Shown here piece by piece: positions 39,580-51,823 of a stretch of DNA of 64,000 bases. The DNA comes from Hydrolagus colliei (lineage: Eukaryota). Location: the NCBI GenBank assembly GCA_035084275.1, contig CM068742.1, forward strand, positions 95,108,001 to 95,172,000, read 5' to 3'. How positions within the stretch are numbered: the stretch's first letter is position 1; each line of letters opens with the position of its first letter. A model generated the notes under the pieces. That model was not told the origin of the DNA. It saw only the letters and a list, made by a program, of their open reading frames with translations, and made no database searches. Position numbers and translations under genes: made by a program.

Positions 39580-40989
39580 GTACAATACTGCCCAGTACTG
39601 CAGTTAAATAGATCCCCTTGTCCCTAAAAAGCAGGGTTAGGGTTAGCACCAAAACAATTACACTTATTACACTATTCAAAATTTACAGCCCACTTTGAGC
39701 CAGTAGAAGCACAACATTTGGAAAGGTATTTTAAATATTTTCTGGAATCCACTGTCAAAACAACAATTAAATCAAAATGAATATGTTTGTTATTGATTCT
39801 CCCACAAGTAATCTACCTCCCTGCTGGAAGCAATTATCGTACAATTTACATTTATATATGCTTTCACGTCAGGATGAGCTCTCAAAATACTTCACAGTGC
39901 TGATGGATACCCAATCAGGGGATTGGTAGGCAAGAGGAGATGGAGAGGGAAAAACATTAACTTTTAAGTGACTCATTTTCTTTTCTTCACAAATCTTTCT
40001 CTATCTAACAAGCACCACGGGAAGTATTCCCAACATGCAAGTCATTGTATAAATGTAAATTTGTATTGTAGCATCTATTTTATTTTACCCTGAATGTGTT
40101 TGACTTATTTTACATTTTCCTGAGGTACGGTTTTGAGGGCACCAGGCACTTCCTGGTGTCTTGCCCAAGTGACTGTATAGGGCATGAGCCTTGATAATTT
40201 GTTTGACCACAAAGAGTATTATAATCAAGAACAAGACTGTCCTCACTCACCAATCAGATGTGTAGCTTTCAGCAGGGGTGGAGGGGTCTCCGGGTGACAG
40301 TCAGATGCAGGAACCCTGGTTTAAATCCCTCCCCCGCTAGTCAAAGCATCCCCCATCACTGTCATTAGTTCCACAGCACATCCTGAGCATTGAGCCTGAG
40401 ACAGTTAACAACCTAAGTGACTAATTGAATAATCTCACCTGAGCCATTGGGAACTCCACTTGAAAAGCACTGTAAAAAGATGAATGGGAAGCTCAGTAAC
40501 TGGAGGAAACGGTGAAGACTCTGTGATTAACTATTTATTTAACAATGTGTTTGCTTTGTACTAAAGATGAAACACAAGTATAGCTGTTGCAGCCACCAAA
40601 TCTTTGCCATGTGCAAAAACTCCATGAAATGTTTATTGTTTTACAGAAAGGTCCCTGTGGAGCAGTCTGCTAAGAAACAAACCTTCCTCTGCCTTACCTA
40701 TCTTTGCAACCGAGACTTGGATATGGATAACCTATTTAATTCCAGTAAAATTAATCAACCTCACCTTTTTAGGCTGTACCAGTACTGAGGATGAGTCAGT
40801 ACTGGTTTCAGGACCTTGGAGAAATAGCAATGTGCAGCTGTCTAAAGTTCCTTGATTTACATTTATATGAAGCATCTTATTGGGGCTTTTAGGCTAATTT
40901 CTTAAAGATATCTATAACCTTATCATTTTGGTTGCAAATCCACATTCACATTGAGTTTTACTTCACAACAACATTGCAAGCCCTGTTCT

Positions 40990-41595
40990 CTGATGTAAGG
41001 ACCACTTGGACCACTATGGAAACTCCTTCCTCGTTGGCCTTCCCGGCTCTTTGCTTCACACGCTGCAGATCATCCAGAACTCTGCAGGTCATGTCGTCTC
41101 CCACATTAAGCTCCGTGACCACATCACTCCCACCCTTTCCCAGCTCCATTGGCTATCCATTCCCAAGGATCAAATTCAAGATCCTCGTCCTCATTTTCAA
41201 GGCCATTCACGGCCTTGCCCCTTCCGAACTCTCTGACTTGTTGACTCCCTATCAACCTGCCTGCCCACTCCATTCAGCGGGCTCCTGTCTGTTCCATGTC
41301 TCCCACCTGACCCGCCCTACCATCGGTGGCCGGGCGTTCAGCCCCTCTGCCCTCACACTCTTGAACTCCATCCCACAGTCACTTCACCTCACTTCCTCCC
41401 TTGACTCCTTCAAGGTCGGTCCCAAGACCCTCCTTTTCAATTGTGCCTTCTACCGCCCCTCCACCTGTCTCCCTCCCCTACCCCCCACCATGCCCCTTCC
41501 CCGTGCTCGAGTCCCGACCCCTGATTGTTCAGCACCTTGGGATGTCTTCCCGACATGAAATGTGCTCTATAAATGTAATTTTGTTTGTTGTTGTT
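40990..41595 (+). mobile_element. L2-type LINE 3' fragment with tail
   Basis: DHYGNSFLVGLP...LQIIQNSA...HITPTLSQLHWL; FKILVLIFKAIHGLAP; (TTG)n tail. Confidence 0.88.
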
Positions 41596-42951
41596 AGTGC
41601 TCTATCCCACTACCCTGCACTATAATGAATAGTGAGATAGATTACAGGTGAATTAATTAACTGGACCATTTATATTCTGTTCACATCATTTCAGAATAGC
41701 TAACAGAAATTTGAAGAAATTGTCTAACCAATTTTAAGTCAATGGGAATCTTAATAGGAAGAAATGTCAAATTAGATTTAATAGAAACAGCAGGAAGAAG
41801 CGTCACTAATTTAAAAATCTGAGATGTTAAGTGAAGAAACCTGGGTTCAATCCCAGAAACGTGGGAAAAGATACATGTTTTGAAGTTTTAGGCTTGAACA
41901 CTTTTTACAAGTCTTTATGAATGGTTTCTTCCAGAAGATTGAGAGAGTGGTGGAGTTATGGTGGGAAAGGTTTTGTGTGGTCAGTGGAAGGAATGGTTGG
42001 TGACCTTTTCTTGCTCTGTGCCTGTTTTGCATTCTTTCTCATCCTACCTTTTCTAAAATTATGTTAGCTACTTCTATCTGTAAATCTATTTTAGACATGA
42101 GTACTTTTTTTTCTTTAGAAAGACATTTGATGGCTGGGAGTTTATTTTGGAGTCTGGTTTTCCAGTCAATCTAACCCCAGCCTCCGTGTTTCCAGGTAGT
42201 TTGTGACCACGTGAATTATTGATGTCTAACCCTAAAGTCCAAAAGAACCTCCTCGGAATAAAAGCATCTAAGGAACTAGACAGTGTGTGAACAAAGAATC
42301 CATGGGGATTAAATGATAGAAATATAGGAAAGGAAGAGCAAGAGGAAGCCATTCAACCCATCAAGCCTCTCCACCAATTCACTAGATCCTCCTAACCAAG
42401 CGCTGCCTATCTGATCATAGAATCATAGAAATTTTCAGCACAAAAGGAGGCCATTCGTCCCATCAAGTCTGTGCCGGCTCTTTGAAAAGAGCTATTCAAC
42501 CCCCATAACCCCGCAGCTTAAAACATCAACCAATCAAGTCCACCCCAAAAAACCATCCAAACATTCCTTTTGATTCCTCTTTTACAACTTTCTGGGGCTG
42601 AGCAATCCACATCATCACTACAGTCTGTGTGAAAAAATATTTCCTGACCTCTCTTCCAACCGTCTTTGTTATGATACAAGCATTTATATAGCACCCTTCA
42701 CCAGAGTAGGGTCTTGGAGTGCTGATGACTTCAGGTTAAATAATGAATTACATTTGTGGTCTCACATTTATCCTATTACAGCTCCATATTAATGGAGCTT
42801 GATTTTCTTTGCACTGAAACATGCATTCAGTTAACATTTCAATGACTCAGCAATTGTGCGTAAGTAAAAATAATCCTTTGATGTGAATGTATCAATATGC
42901 TAGGTGATAAATCAGTGTAAGAAAGGATTTTTTTTCACACGGTTTTTGCAG

Positions 42952-43074
42952 GTTACAAATGATCCCAGGACGTACAGTGGGACTGAGAGCCACGTATTTC
43001 AAATTGGAATTTTGCAGGAAAGTGAAGAGGCCCCTCAGCTGGCTCCAGGGATTATTACCCCTCTCCAAATCACA
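42952..43074 (+). CDS. FRAS1: FRAS1 exon (VTNDPRTYSGTESHVFQIGIL...PLQIT)
   Basis: ttgcag| acceptor, ACA|gtaaga donor, 123 nt, phase 0-0. Confidence 0.92.
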
Positions 43075-44325
43075 GTAAGAATTGCCTCACTAATTTGCTC
43101 CACGTCTGGTGTGTTTTTCCAAGTAAAATGCAGTTAGATCCCTGCATTAGGTTCTAGATCTCTAGTTTTCTCCCATTTTTGATGTTTTAAGCTGCTTTCT
43201 TTTCATATAGTTTTCTAAATAATGTGGAACAGCAGAATGATCTCACCCACATCGGGAATGATGTGAACTTCATACTTTAACATATACTGTATAATACAAA
43301 AATCAGGGTGTTAAAACATGCACTTGCCTATGTCCACCGTTGAACAAAGGTGGATATTTCAAAGCTCTTCACAGAGATGCAAATGGACAGGAGAGGAGGG
43401 AAATTTAAGGGTTTAACTAAAGAAATGATGAAAGAGATACGTTTTTAATTGAGTTTAGAAAACTGAGAGGGGGCACAAAACAAAGAGATTTGGGAGTGCC
43501 ATAACAGTAGGGTTTCTTGAGTATGAGGGCTCAGAGGGTAAGATGCTATCCTGCATGAAGGATATACATGCGAGTTATTGTGGTTGATTTCATCATTGAG
43601 TAATTCAAATTTTGTAATGATCATCATATAACTACTGGGTAGCCATACATAATTGTTTTCATCTCAAAGCAATGTTAGTTGTCTGTTTTAATTGCTTGCA
43701 CTGTATTTGATTGTTTCTGGACAAAATTAGTATTCCAACCGTCATTGCTTTGAACAATTCTTAACCTCCGCGAGTCAATTAAAACCACAATGTAGCTAAT
43801 GTAACCACATAAAAGCACATCTGCATTCAAGGCAATCCTGCAACTCAGAGCAAGGCTTGCAATCTGAATTTCCTGCTGACTGCATGCTGCTGAATATCAG
43901 ACAAGAAACGGTGAACATCTGGGTATTTTATAAGTGCTGTAAAATATACACGATCAATCCGGTTGCTGACTACCTTGGCAATAGAAGTGGAATTTTTTGA
44001 ATGCTGTGTTTAATTTTATTTATTGATTTATGGCATTTTAATTTTGTAAATTAAAGATGTTGGGGGTGAATATGCCTTGCCAGTAAATGTAGTCACCTTT
44101 GGCAGTACCAATATTCTACTGATAGAAAAGATAACCTTGTTTTTTTTGTCCTTGGTCTAAACACACACTGGGTTTATTTAGTATTTATGCAGCAAAAAGC
44201 ACATATGCACATTGATGCGTCCCACTTACCATCACCATCCTCTCTATTCGCAATGGAGACATGCTGAAAACTGGGCCTTCTGCTAGACTTCCAGCTCACA
44301 GATGCTTTGACTACCAATGGGATAC

Positions 44326-45157
44326 TAGGGAACGGCGATGTATCGGTTTTTCGATTAAACCCGATATGATTTTCAGATCGGTATGCCGATATGGTGATTC
44401 TAAAAAAACCATTATATCGAGAGATTCGATTTTAAAAATATACATCGTTATATTTTTTAAATCGTTCCTGGCAATATATCAATATTGTTGGTATTATCAG
44501 TGTTATGCAATCTTTTCCAGCTTACGTTGTCGCCGGCATTGCAACCTCCTAGACCTAGAGCATGGAATGCGCGTACATTCGGTGCGCGCGCACAATTAAC
44601 GGGCGCGCACATCCGATGCGCGCGCACACTTTACTGTGTATACTCGACGTGAGTCGTGGCGTCTTAACAAAGTCGCATCGCTGAAAATTGTAGTTTGAAA
44701 ATTTACCTTTCTCATCATGGGGAAAAGAAGCCCCGTATGGGACTACTTTGAAAACAATGCAGTCAGTAATGGTGTGTATAGATGTACAGTTTGCAAGGTC
44801 TTGGTTAAGACATCTGATTCGAGCACGAGCAACCTGCGACATCACATTAAGCAGCACCACCCCGCCCAGCACGCTGCCCTCAGAGCGAAATCATTGTCGA
44901 CAACAGCAGGAAGTCGAACCAGCGCTTCGGAGAAAGCGACAGGTAGTGGGGCCAGTGCAGCTCAAACAATTCCTGCTTTATTTAAGAGGAGAACATTGTA
45001 CCAGAGAGGGGACAAAAAGTGGCAAAGTATCACGAACGCTGTCACTTTTTGCATAGCAAAGGAGAGCTTGCCAATGGCGATTGTTGAGACGCTTGGGTTT
45101 AAGCAACTCCTAAACGAACTGGACCCCAGGTACAAACCACAATGCGAAGGACATTAA
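44326..45157 (+). mobile_element. hAT (Ac/ZBED1-like) transposon 5' half with truncated BED-finger transposase ORF (44717-45157)
   Basis: 5' TIR TAGGGAACGGCGAT. Subterminal block shared with the MITE at 35580. ORF SPVWDYF...CTVC...STSNLRHHIKQHH (BED) then ITNAVTFCIAKESLPMAIVETLGFKQLLNELDPRYKP. No 3' TIR visible. Confidence 0.9.
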
Positions 45158-45459
45158 TTCAGACTTCAGACTACATAAAAAGAAGTGGCATTTTGTGGCT
45201 GTAAGTGTTATTTTTGTGTGTGAGAGAGTTAGAAGCCAGATTATCACTGCTTCTATGTGTGTGTCTAGTCAGACACACACAGCAGTGATAATCTGGCTTC
45301 TAACTCTAACAGTCAGACTGTCTGTCTCTCTCTTTTCTATTGTAATAGATCTCAATTACACGTGGACATTACATACTAGTTTCAAGCAAGAAATGGAGGA
45401 GAATAAATCTCTAGATTTTGTTTTTGGTGTGTGTGTGTTCTATTTTGTGTTTAGAGATG

Positions 45460-45878
45460 GAGTGAGAGAAGGAGAGGGGGAAAGTTAGGAGAGAAGGAGA
45501 GAGGAAGAGAGGAGAGGGAGGGAGAGAATGAGAGGGGGAAAGGAGGGAGAGAAGGAGCGAGGGGAAAGGAGGGAGAGAAGTAGAGAGGGGGGGAGGGAGG
45601 GAGAGGGGGAATGTTGGAAGAGAAGGAGAGAGGAAGAGAGAAGAGGGAGGGAGAGAAGGAGAGGGTGAAAGGAGGGAGAGAAGGAGCGAGGGGAAAGGAG
45701 GGAGAGANNNNNNNNNNNNNNNNNNNNNNNNNNNNNNNNNNNNNNNNNNNNNNNNNNNNNNNNNNNNNNNNNNNNNNNNNNNNNNNNNNNNNNNNNNNNN
45801 NNNNNNNNNNNNNNNNNNNNNNNNNNNNNNNNNNNNNNNNNNNNNNNNNNNNNNNNNAGGAGAGGGTGAAAGGAGGGA
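45460..45878 (+). repeat. Polypurine (GA-rich) minisatellite, ~129-bp period, spanning a 150-N assembly gap (45708-45857)
   Basis: Units starting at 45472 and 45601 are near-identical; the motif resumes after the Ns. Confidence 0.85.
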
Positions 45879-46140
45879 GCTTGTTGTATTTTTACAATAC
45901 AACAAGCTCAGAGGAGCGAGGAGCTCCTGAAGGATGCCAAGTGTGGCTGGCTTGCAGGAACTCTGATACAAGTAAATTTAATTGCAATGGAGCACCCAGA
46001 GATCAGAGTAGTGCCAGAAGGAGCTGCTCTGCGTCTCAGAATTGCTATGTAACAAATTAAGGAAGTGAATGCCACATTTTGAACCCCAATGTTTGTTCCA
46101 TTCAGTATTTTTAGATTAAACTAAACTTCTCTTTTACTAG

Positions 46141-46255
46141 GCACTTGAAGATCGAGTTACTGTGATCCAGGCTACCCAGCTGTCATTTCTAGATAGACAT
46201 ACTCCCAGCCAAGATCTGATCTACAATGTCACTGTGCCACTGGCCCCAGAACATG
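46141..46255 (+). CDS. FRAS1: FRAS1 exon (ALEDRVTVIQATQLSFLD...LIYNVTVPLAPEH) with GC donor
   Basis: tactag| acceptor; G|gcaagt non-canonical donor is required for a phase-1 join to the next exon; 115 nt. Confidence 0.9.
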
Positions 46256-46317
46256 GCAAGTATTGATATAAGATTGTTAGCTCCTTTTATACGTATGTAT
46301 TGCATTGGAATGAAAAA

Positions 46318-46575
46318 GAAGATCTGATTACCTGCCCCATCCCCATATCCCCTTTTTTTTTTAGAAAATCTATCATTCTCAGCCTTGAAAATGTTCAGGG
46401 ACTGAGCATCCACAGCCTTCTGGGGTAGTGAATTCCATAAATTCACTACCCTCTGAATGAAGAAATATTTCCTCAACTCCGTTCTAAAAGGCTGACCCTT
46501 AATTTTAAGACTGTGACCCCTTATTTTTGATTCTCCTACCAGGGGAAAGAGTCCCTCAGTGTCTACTTTATCCAT
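46318..46575 (-). mobile_element. CR1-type LINE ORF2 C-terminal fragment
   Basis: LFPLVGESKIRGHSLKIKGQPFRTELRKYFFIQRVVNLWNSLP. Confidence 0.88.
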
Positions 46576-46800
46576 AATTTATTATCTATAATAAATAAAT
46601 AATTGTACGTTTGATATAGTGCCTTACCTCATCGTTAAAACAGGGTTTTACTGTGAAGTTTAGTGACTGTGCATTTGTGGGCGAAAACTGACAATAAGAA
46701 TAAACAGTATTACATTTAAGAGTGTCAATGCTCACAGGTATCTCAAATATAATTTTTCTGAGTTTATAGATAGGGTTTAGGTATCAGTTTGATAAGATGT

Positions 46801-47106
46801 GGAGTCCTGTAGCTCAGTGGTTAGAGCACTCACCTTACAAGTGAGAGACCAGGGTTCGATTCCAGGCTGGGCGAAACCTTGGGCAAATTTCCTTACTCCA
46901 CATGCCTAATAATAATACCAAAAAAAAATTGAATTGTCATTTCAATCCACCACTGTTTGTGGGACATTGCTGTGCGCAATTGGCTGCCGCGTTTCGCTCA
47001 CAAATATACAATCAATTACCGGTAACTTTACAGTATATTCTGTGAAGCTCTTTGAGACACCTAGAAGACGTGAAAAGTGCTATATCAAATGCAAGGATTA
47101 TTATTA
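46801..47106 (+). mobile_element. Full-length tRNA-SINE
   Basis: A box TAGCTCAGTGG, B box GGTTCGATTCC, L2-like tail ending (ATT)n. Confidence 0.9.
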
Positions 47107-47538
47107 AGTTTCATTCAGATCCAATGCTTTGAAAAATATTTTTCTCAGTATAAATGAGTTTTTGAAATGAAGGAGAGTCCTCTGCTGCTGACTTGCTGAT
47201 CCTGTCCACCTACGAGCCAAGCTGATCCTTCAGATAGGTTGTTAAACTAAGGCCCCAACTGTCTGTTCAGGTGGATATTAAAGATATCCCATGGCACTGC
47301 TTGAAAAAGTGTCCTGGTCAACAATCTCCCCAAATAAAATTAGTCATTAATTTCATGGCTATTTGTGGGGCAATGCTCTGCGCAAATAAACTGGGGAAAC
47401 AAATCATTGTACAATTAACAGTTACATCTGTTACATTTACAGGTATATTATACAAATGCAATGTTGTTGTTATTTTACATCTGGGAAGATCTAAACATTT
47501 ATTTTTTTAAATATTTCTCAAACTGATCCTTCATAGTA

Positions 47539-47765
47539 TAGTAAACTCCTAATAACTCCACCCTGGTTCAACTTGTCATCGGTAACTACGACTTAGTCAT
47601 CATTCTATCAATATCCTGGCCACATTCATTCATTCATTCATATATATTATATATATAAATAAGATATATATTATATATATATATATAGATATATATATCC
47701 CCAACTCACCATCCCGGATAACCTGTCACTTTCCCTGGGAGTAACGAGTTATCAGGAGTTTACTG
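47539..47765. mobile_element. Tc1/mariner-pogo-type MITE with (TA)n core
   Basis: TIRs AGTAAACTCCTAATAACTC / GAGTTATCAGGAGTTTACTG, TA flanks. Confidence 0.75.
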
Positions 47766-48492
47766 TACCATTGGACAGAGGCTGGATCAGTTTTAATAAA
47801 ACAGTATATCATAAAATAATTACACTGTTTAAAGTATAAAGTTTCTCGTCAACAACAACAAAATTACATTTATAGGATGCCTTTCACGTTGGGAGGAGTG
47901 AATGTCATATCATTAGAGGGATAAGTGTAGTACATCACTGAACAAAAATTTTGATACCAGTGTTTTGACAGCTCTAGGTTGCTGATAAAGGTTTGGGATG
48001 CTATCCTGAGTGAAGGGTGCTGTATGCAAGTTGTTTTTGTTGCACTACCCATCGTCTTTACATTTCTGTACCGTGAATAGCATTGTATGACTCAGCAGAC
48101 ATTTATGGCTGTGACGTAATCCCAGAGTTCACATTACCTTTGCTGAGTTTTTTCTCTCACAATTTATTATCCCCCCAAAACTCCTGATTTTCTGTACTGT
48201 TATCCTGAACAGGGGTATTCTACAAAGTGGTAACCTGGAAAATCAGGAATTTTTTTCAGTGAGATACTATGGGACTTATTCTTTGATGTTGAAGTGGATG
48301 AAACTATATTCTCAAATATTTGACAGTCTCAATTTTGACGCCAAATTGATAATTTTATACATATTGACCTTTGCACTAATTAGCTTCAATACAATTTTCA
48401 TAAAAAAAGGAAATTCCTGTTAAAAGGATAGCAGTTCTAATTCAGTTGTCTTTCTGCTCCTTTTGTAAAATCGTGTTGTCATTTTACTTCAG

Positions 48493-48630
48493 GTGCTCTT
48501 GAACACTTGGAGGCACCTTTCTTCCCAGTCACATTATTTACTCAGGCTGACGTTAACAACGGAATGATCCTGTACCGTCCACCAGCAGCATCTCCCAACG
48601 TACAAGGCCTATTCAAGTTCTCCTTCATTG
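48493..48630 (+). CDS. FRAS1: FRAS1 exon (GALEHLEAPFFPVTLFTQADVNNG...FSFI)
   Basis: ttcag| acceptor, G|gtaaga donor, 138 nt, phase 1-1. Confidence 0.94.
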
Positions 48631-49217
48631 GTAAGAAATATACAAAATTAATAGGATTGGTTCCTGTTCTCCCTCGCTTTTTGGGTGAAACTTTAAAATG
48701 ATTGTCGTGAAAAATGTGCTGTTCAAAATTCAGGCTGGGCACTGATCTGAACCTGTGCACCCACCAAATACCATTGTGTGTGTGTGTATGGGGGGGAGGG
48801 GGGGAAACGGGGAGGGAAATATAACTACTCATTAGCTCTGCAGGAACGAAGAAGCCAGTTGTAACATTACTATTTTGAATTACGGGGCATTTAACACTAA
48901 TTAAACATTATATGATTTTAAATAAATATATAATTTACTCGAACTTGCCCCCTGCGTGCCTGTTACGTTGTGATAGGGACACTGAGGCCAAACTGGAGCA
49001 GTGAAGGACACCAAAAAATGTTAACCTTGAGATTCTTATGAGGCAACATGTTCCCACCCGGCGCTGTGCAAGGCTTGTAGTCCCATTTGTAGTGTATTGA
49101 ACTTTAAACAAGTGTTTGAGGGAAGTCTTCGTGTTACGGCAAGCTCATTTATTTATTCCATTTCCCATGAGGGGCACATGTAAACTCTGTAATTTGAGCC
49201 TGGTTTTATTCCCCTAG

Positions 49218-49250
49218 GTCTGCCTGAGTCGGTGAGCTTCCTTTTCACAG
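49218..49250 (+). CDS. FRAS1: FRAS1 33-nt micro-exon (GLPESVSFLFT)
   Basis: cctag| acceptor, CAG|gtatat donor; peptide resembles mammalian FRAS1 GLPESVKFHFT as recalled. Confidence 0.88.
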
Positions 49251-49802
49251 GTATATAGTTTTAACTTGAGGACAAACTTTCCCCAAATTGACTTGAGGCG
49301 CATGAGTTTCTAATAACCCCCACATATGCTTATCTATTACAATCTTTTGATGGTGGCTTTGGACCTGACTCTGATTTTGTGAACTTGGTGTAATTGAGCC
49401 CTGATGTTCCTGTCACCTGTAGGTGTAGACATTTGAACGCATGATGGCACCTTATCTAGCTGCTAGGGAAATTACAGCTCTCTGGCCCCAATATTGATTT
49501 CAATAAGTTCAGGCCACACTAGCTCAGCTTCCCCCTCCTCTGGGATTATCTGGTCTGCCTGTTCTTTTGCAATTCCCCCCACCCCTCTTTGTTTAACGTT
49601 ATTAACATCTCTTATTTCCATTTTTGTTTCAATTCCCACTTTCGTTTCACAACATTAACAACTCCTTAACCCATCATTCCTGTAACTGTTTTGTGTTTAT
49701 TTTATTTTTGTGAAATTAAGAATGTAGCTTTGCAAAATTTTTGTTTGTGGCTGCAAGTTTCAGTTGGGTACATGAAAGTCATTTTTTTTTTTACCCTCTC
49801 AG

Positions 49803-49934
49803 TCTCTGATGGTGAACATGCCTCACCAGAAATGGAGTTCACTATTCATCTGCTGTCCACAAATCAGCAACCGCCAGTTTTCCAACAAGCACATCCTTTC
49901 ATAGAGGTCAGCCGGGGAGGAAGGGCTGCTGTCG
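49803..49934 (+). CDS. FRAS1: FRAS1 exon (VSDGEHASPEMEFTIHLL...GGRAAV)
   Basis: ctctcag| acceptor, G|gtaaga donor, 132 nt, phase 1-1. Confidence 0.94.
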
Positions 49935-50024
49935 GTAAGACATAATGTTAAATTGCTCTAAGTTTCGAGTTAGTATTTAAAATCTTCAGTATTAAATATC
50001 TAAGTTCAGGCAGCCTTGACAATA

Positions 50025-50280
50025 TTATAATAATAATAATTCTTTCATTTGATATAGTGCTTTTCAAGTTTTCTTGACGTCTCAAAGCACTTCATAGAAT
50101 AAAGTGAATTGACTGTATGTTTTGTGATGAAACTCGGCAGCCGATTCCGCACAGCAGTGTCACACAAATAATCATGGATTGAGATGCCAAGTTTTTTTTC
50201 TTATTTTTTGAAAGATTATTATCAGGCGTGTGGAGTAAGAAAACTTGCCCAAGGTTTTACCCTGTGTGGAATCGAACCAT
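50025..50280 (-). mobile_element. tRNA-SINE (lacking the extreme 5' end)
   Basis: (TAA)n tail on +, GTGGAGTAAGAAAACTTGCCCAAGG, B box remnant GGAATCGAACC. Confidence 0.85.
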
Positions 50281-51375
50281 AAAGGGATGCTACCCCACAT
50301 GAGGGGTGTTTTTATAAAGGCCTCATCCTGGAAAGGCTAAATTGGTCTCAGCCTTCCCAGTATTGTGGAAAGAAGCAATGAAAGCCACCTCAGAATCCTG
50401 TTTTCAGTTCCTCTGAAGCACTCTCTACTGATTCTGCATGAGTGGCAGGCAAGTACAGGGAGATCAGGATTGGATTAATGTCCTCTACAATCAATTGGAA
50501 TGCTGATTTTCACAGTGAAAGCGCCGACATGAATAATTATTTATTGAGCAGGGAACCAAAGGGCAACCAGCACCTGTGAAACATCACCCTGCCAGAAAGG
50601 AGGTCAGAGCAGGAGCAGATAGGTACATAGCAAGGAATAATATTAGAAAAATAACTGAACACAACAAATTAATCTGCAAAAAAAAATGAACATCCAACTC
50701 AAGCACCTATTCATAGGAAAATGTGCATGAAATGGATAGAATGGATAGTATAAAACACAAGATAGTATGGATTAGTGCAATGACCTCAATCCCAAGATAT
50801 CTTATATTGTTGTAGATACAATACAATTATACAGCACCCATCATGATAGGAGGATGTCTTAAGGTGCTTCTCACTGTGGGCTGGGCACCTGAGATGGGGG
50901 GTGGGAGCCAAAGATGGGGAAAGATGAGGAGGAACAATGACAGAAAGCACAGTCACAGAGATGTGTGTAAAACGAACAACATACACTGTTCAGATTCTTT
51001 AATACTCTGTAAATGGGTATTTATTTTGCACAATATTTTTTCAGTGATGTCTTTGTGGGTTGGCTTGACTGCACACCTGTATAGAAGGAAGTCACTTCAA
51101 AATTATAGGCGCTTGTAAACAAACACCCTCCATATACAGACATAGGCACATGGTTAACTCTCAATCCTCTCCCAACCCACACCTACCCCATCCAAGGTTT
51201 GACCATGGTTTGTTAACCCAACCCACACATGAGACCTCAATAACAACTTGCATTTATGCAGTGCCCTTTTGTGCAATAATGTGGTGGAGGTGGAGCAATT
51301 TACAAAACTGGGATCATTCACCAAGAGGTGAGATTACCCCAGTGAGAGTTGTTGATCAATTCATGTGATTTCATT

Positions 51376-51690
51376 GTAGCTCAGTGGTTAGAGCACTCAC
51401 CTTTACAAGCACGAGACCTGTGTTCGAATCCAGGCAGATCAGGGCAAAAACCTTGGGTAAATTTCCTTACTCCGCACGCCTAATAATAATCCAGCCCCCG
51501 AAAACACACAATAATAAAAATTGGTAATTTTCAATCCACAACTGCTTGTGGGACACTGCTGTGCGGAATTGGCTGCCATATTTTGCCCACAAATATACAG
51601 TCAATTCACTTTACAGTATATTCTGTGAAACGCTTTGAGACGTTCATAAGATGTAAAAAGCGCTATATCAAATGCCAAGATTATTATTAT
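51376..51690 (+). mobile_element. Full-length tRNA-SINE
   Basis: TGTAGCTCAGTGGTTAGAGC, TGTTCGAATCC, tail AAGCGCTATATCAAATGC..(ATT)n. Confidence 0.9.
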
Positions 51691-51823
51691 TATATATTAT
51701 AAATAAAATGACACTTGTTTAAGCTGTGCAACATTTTTCTGTGTAGAGTAAAATTTCTCGAATAAATTCTTCAAAGTAAATGCTGCCATTATGTAAAGCA
51801 GCGTTGCTTTGTTTCTGTTCCAG

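Noticed and set aside
45411-46060. Long ORFs across the N gap
   Set aside because: Artefacts of the GA-rich repeat and Ns.
46801-46875. tRNA-like sequence with A and B boxes (also at 147, 30376, 51376, 58474)
   Set aside because: Continues into the SINE body and L2-type tail, and the acceptor stem is not intact; these are SINE heads, not tRNA genes.
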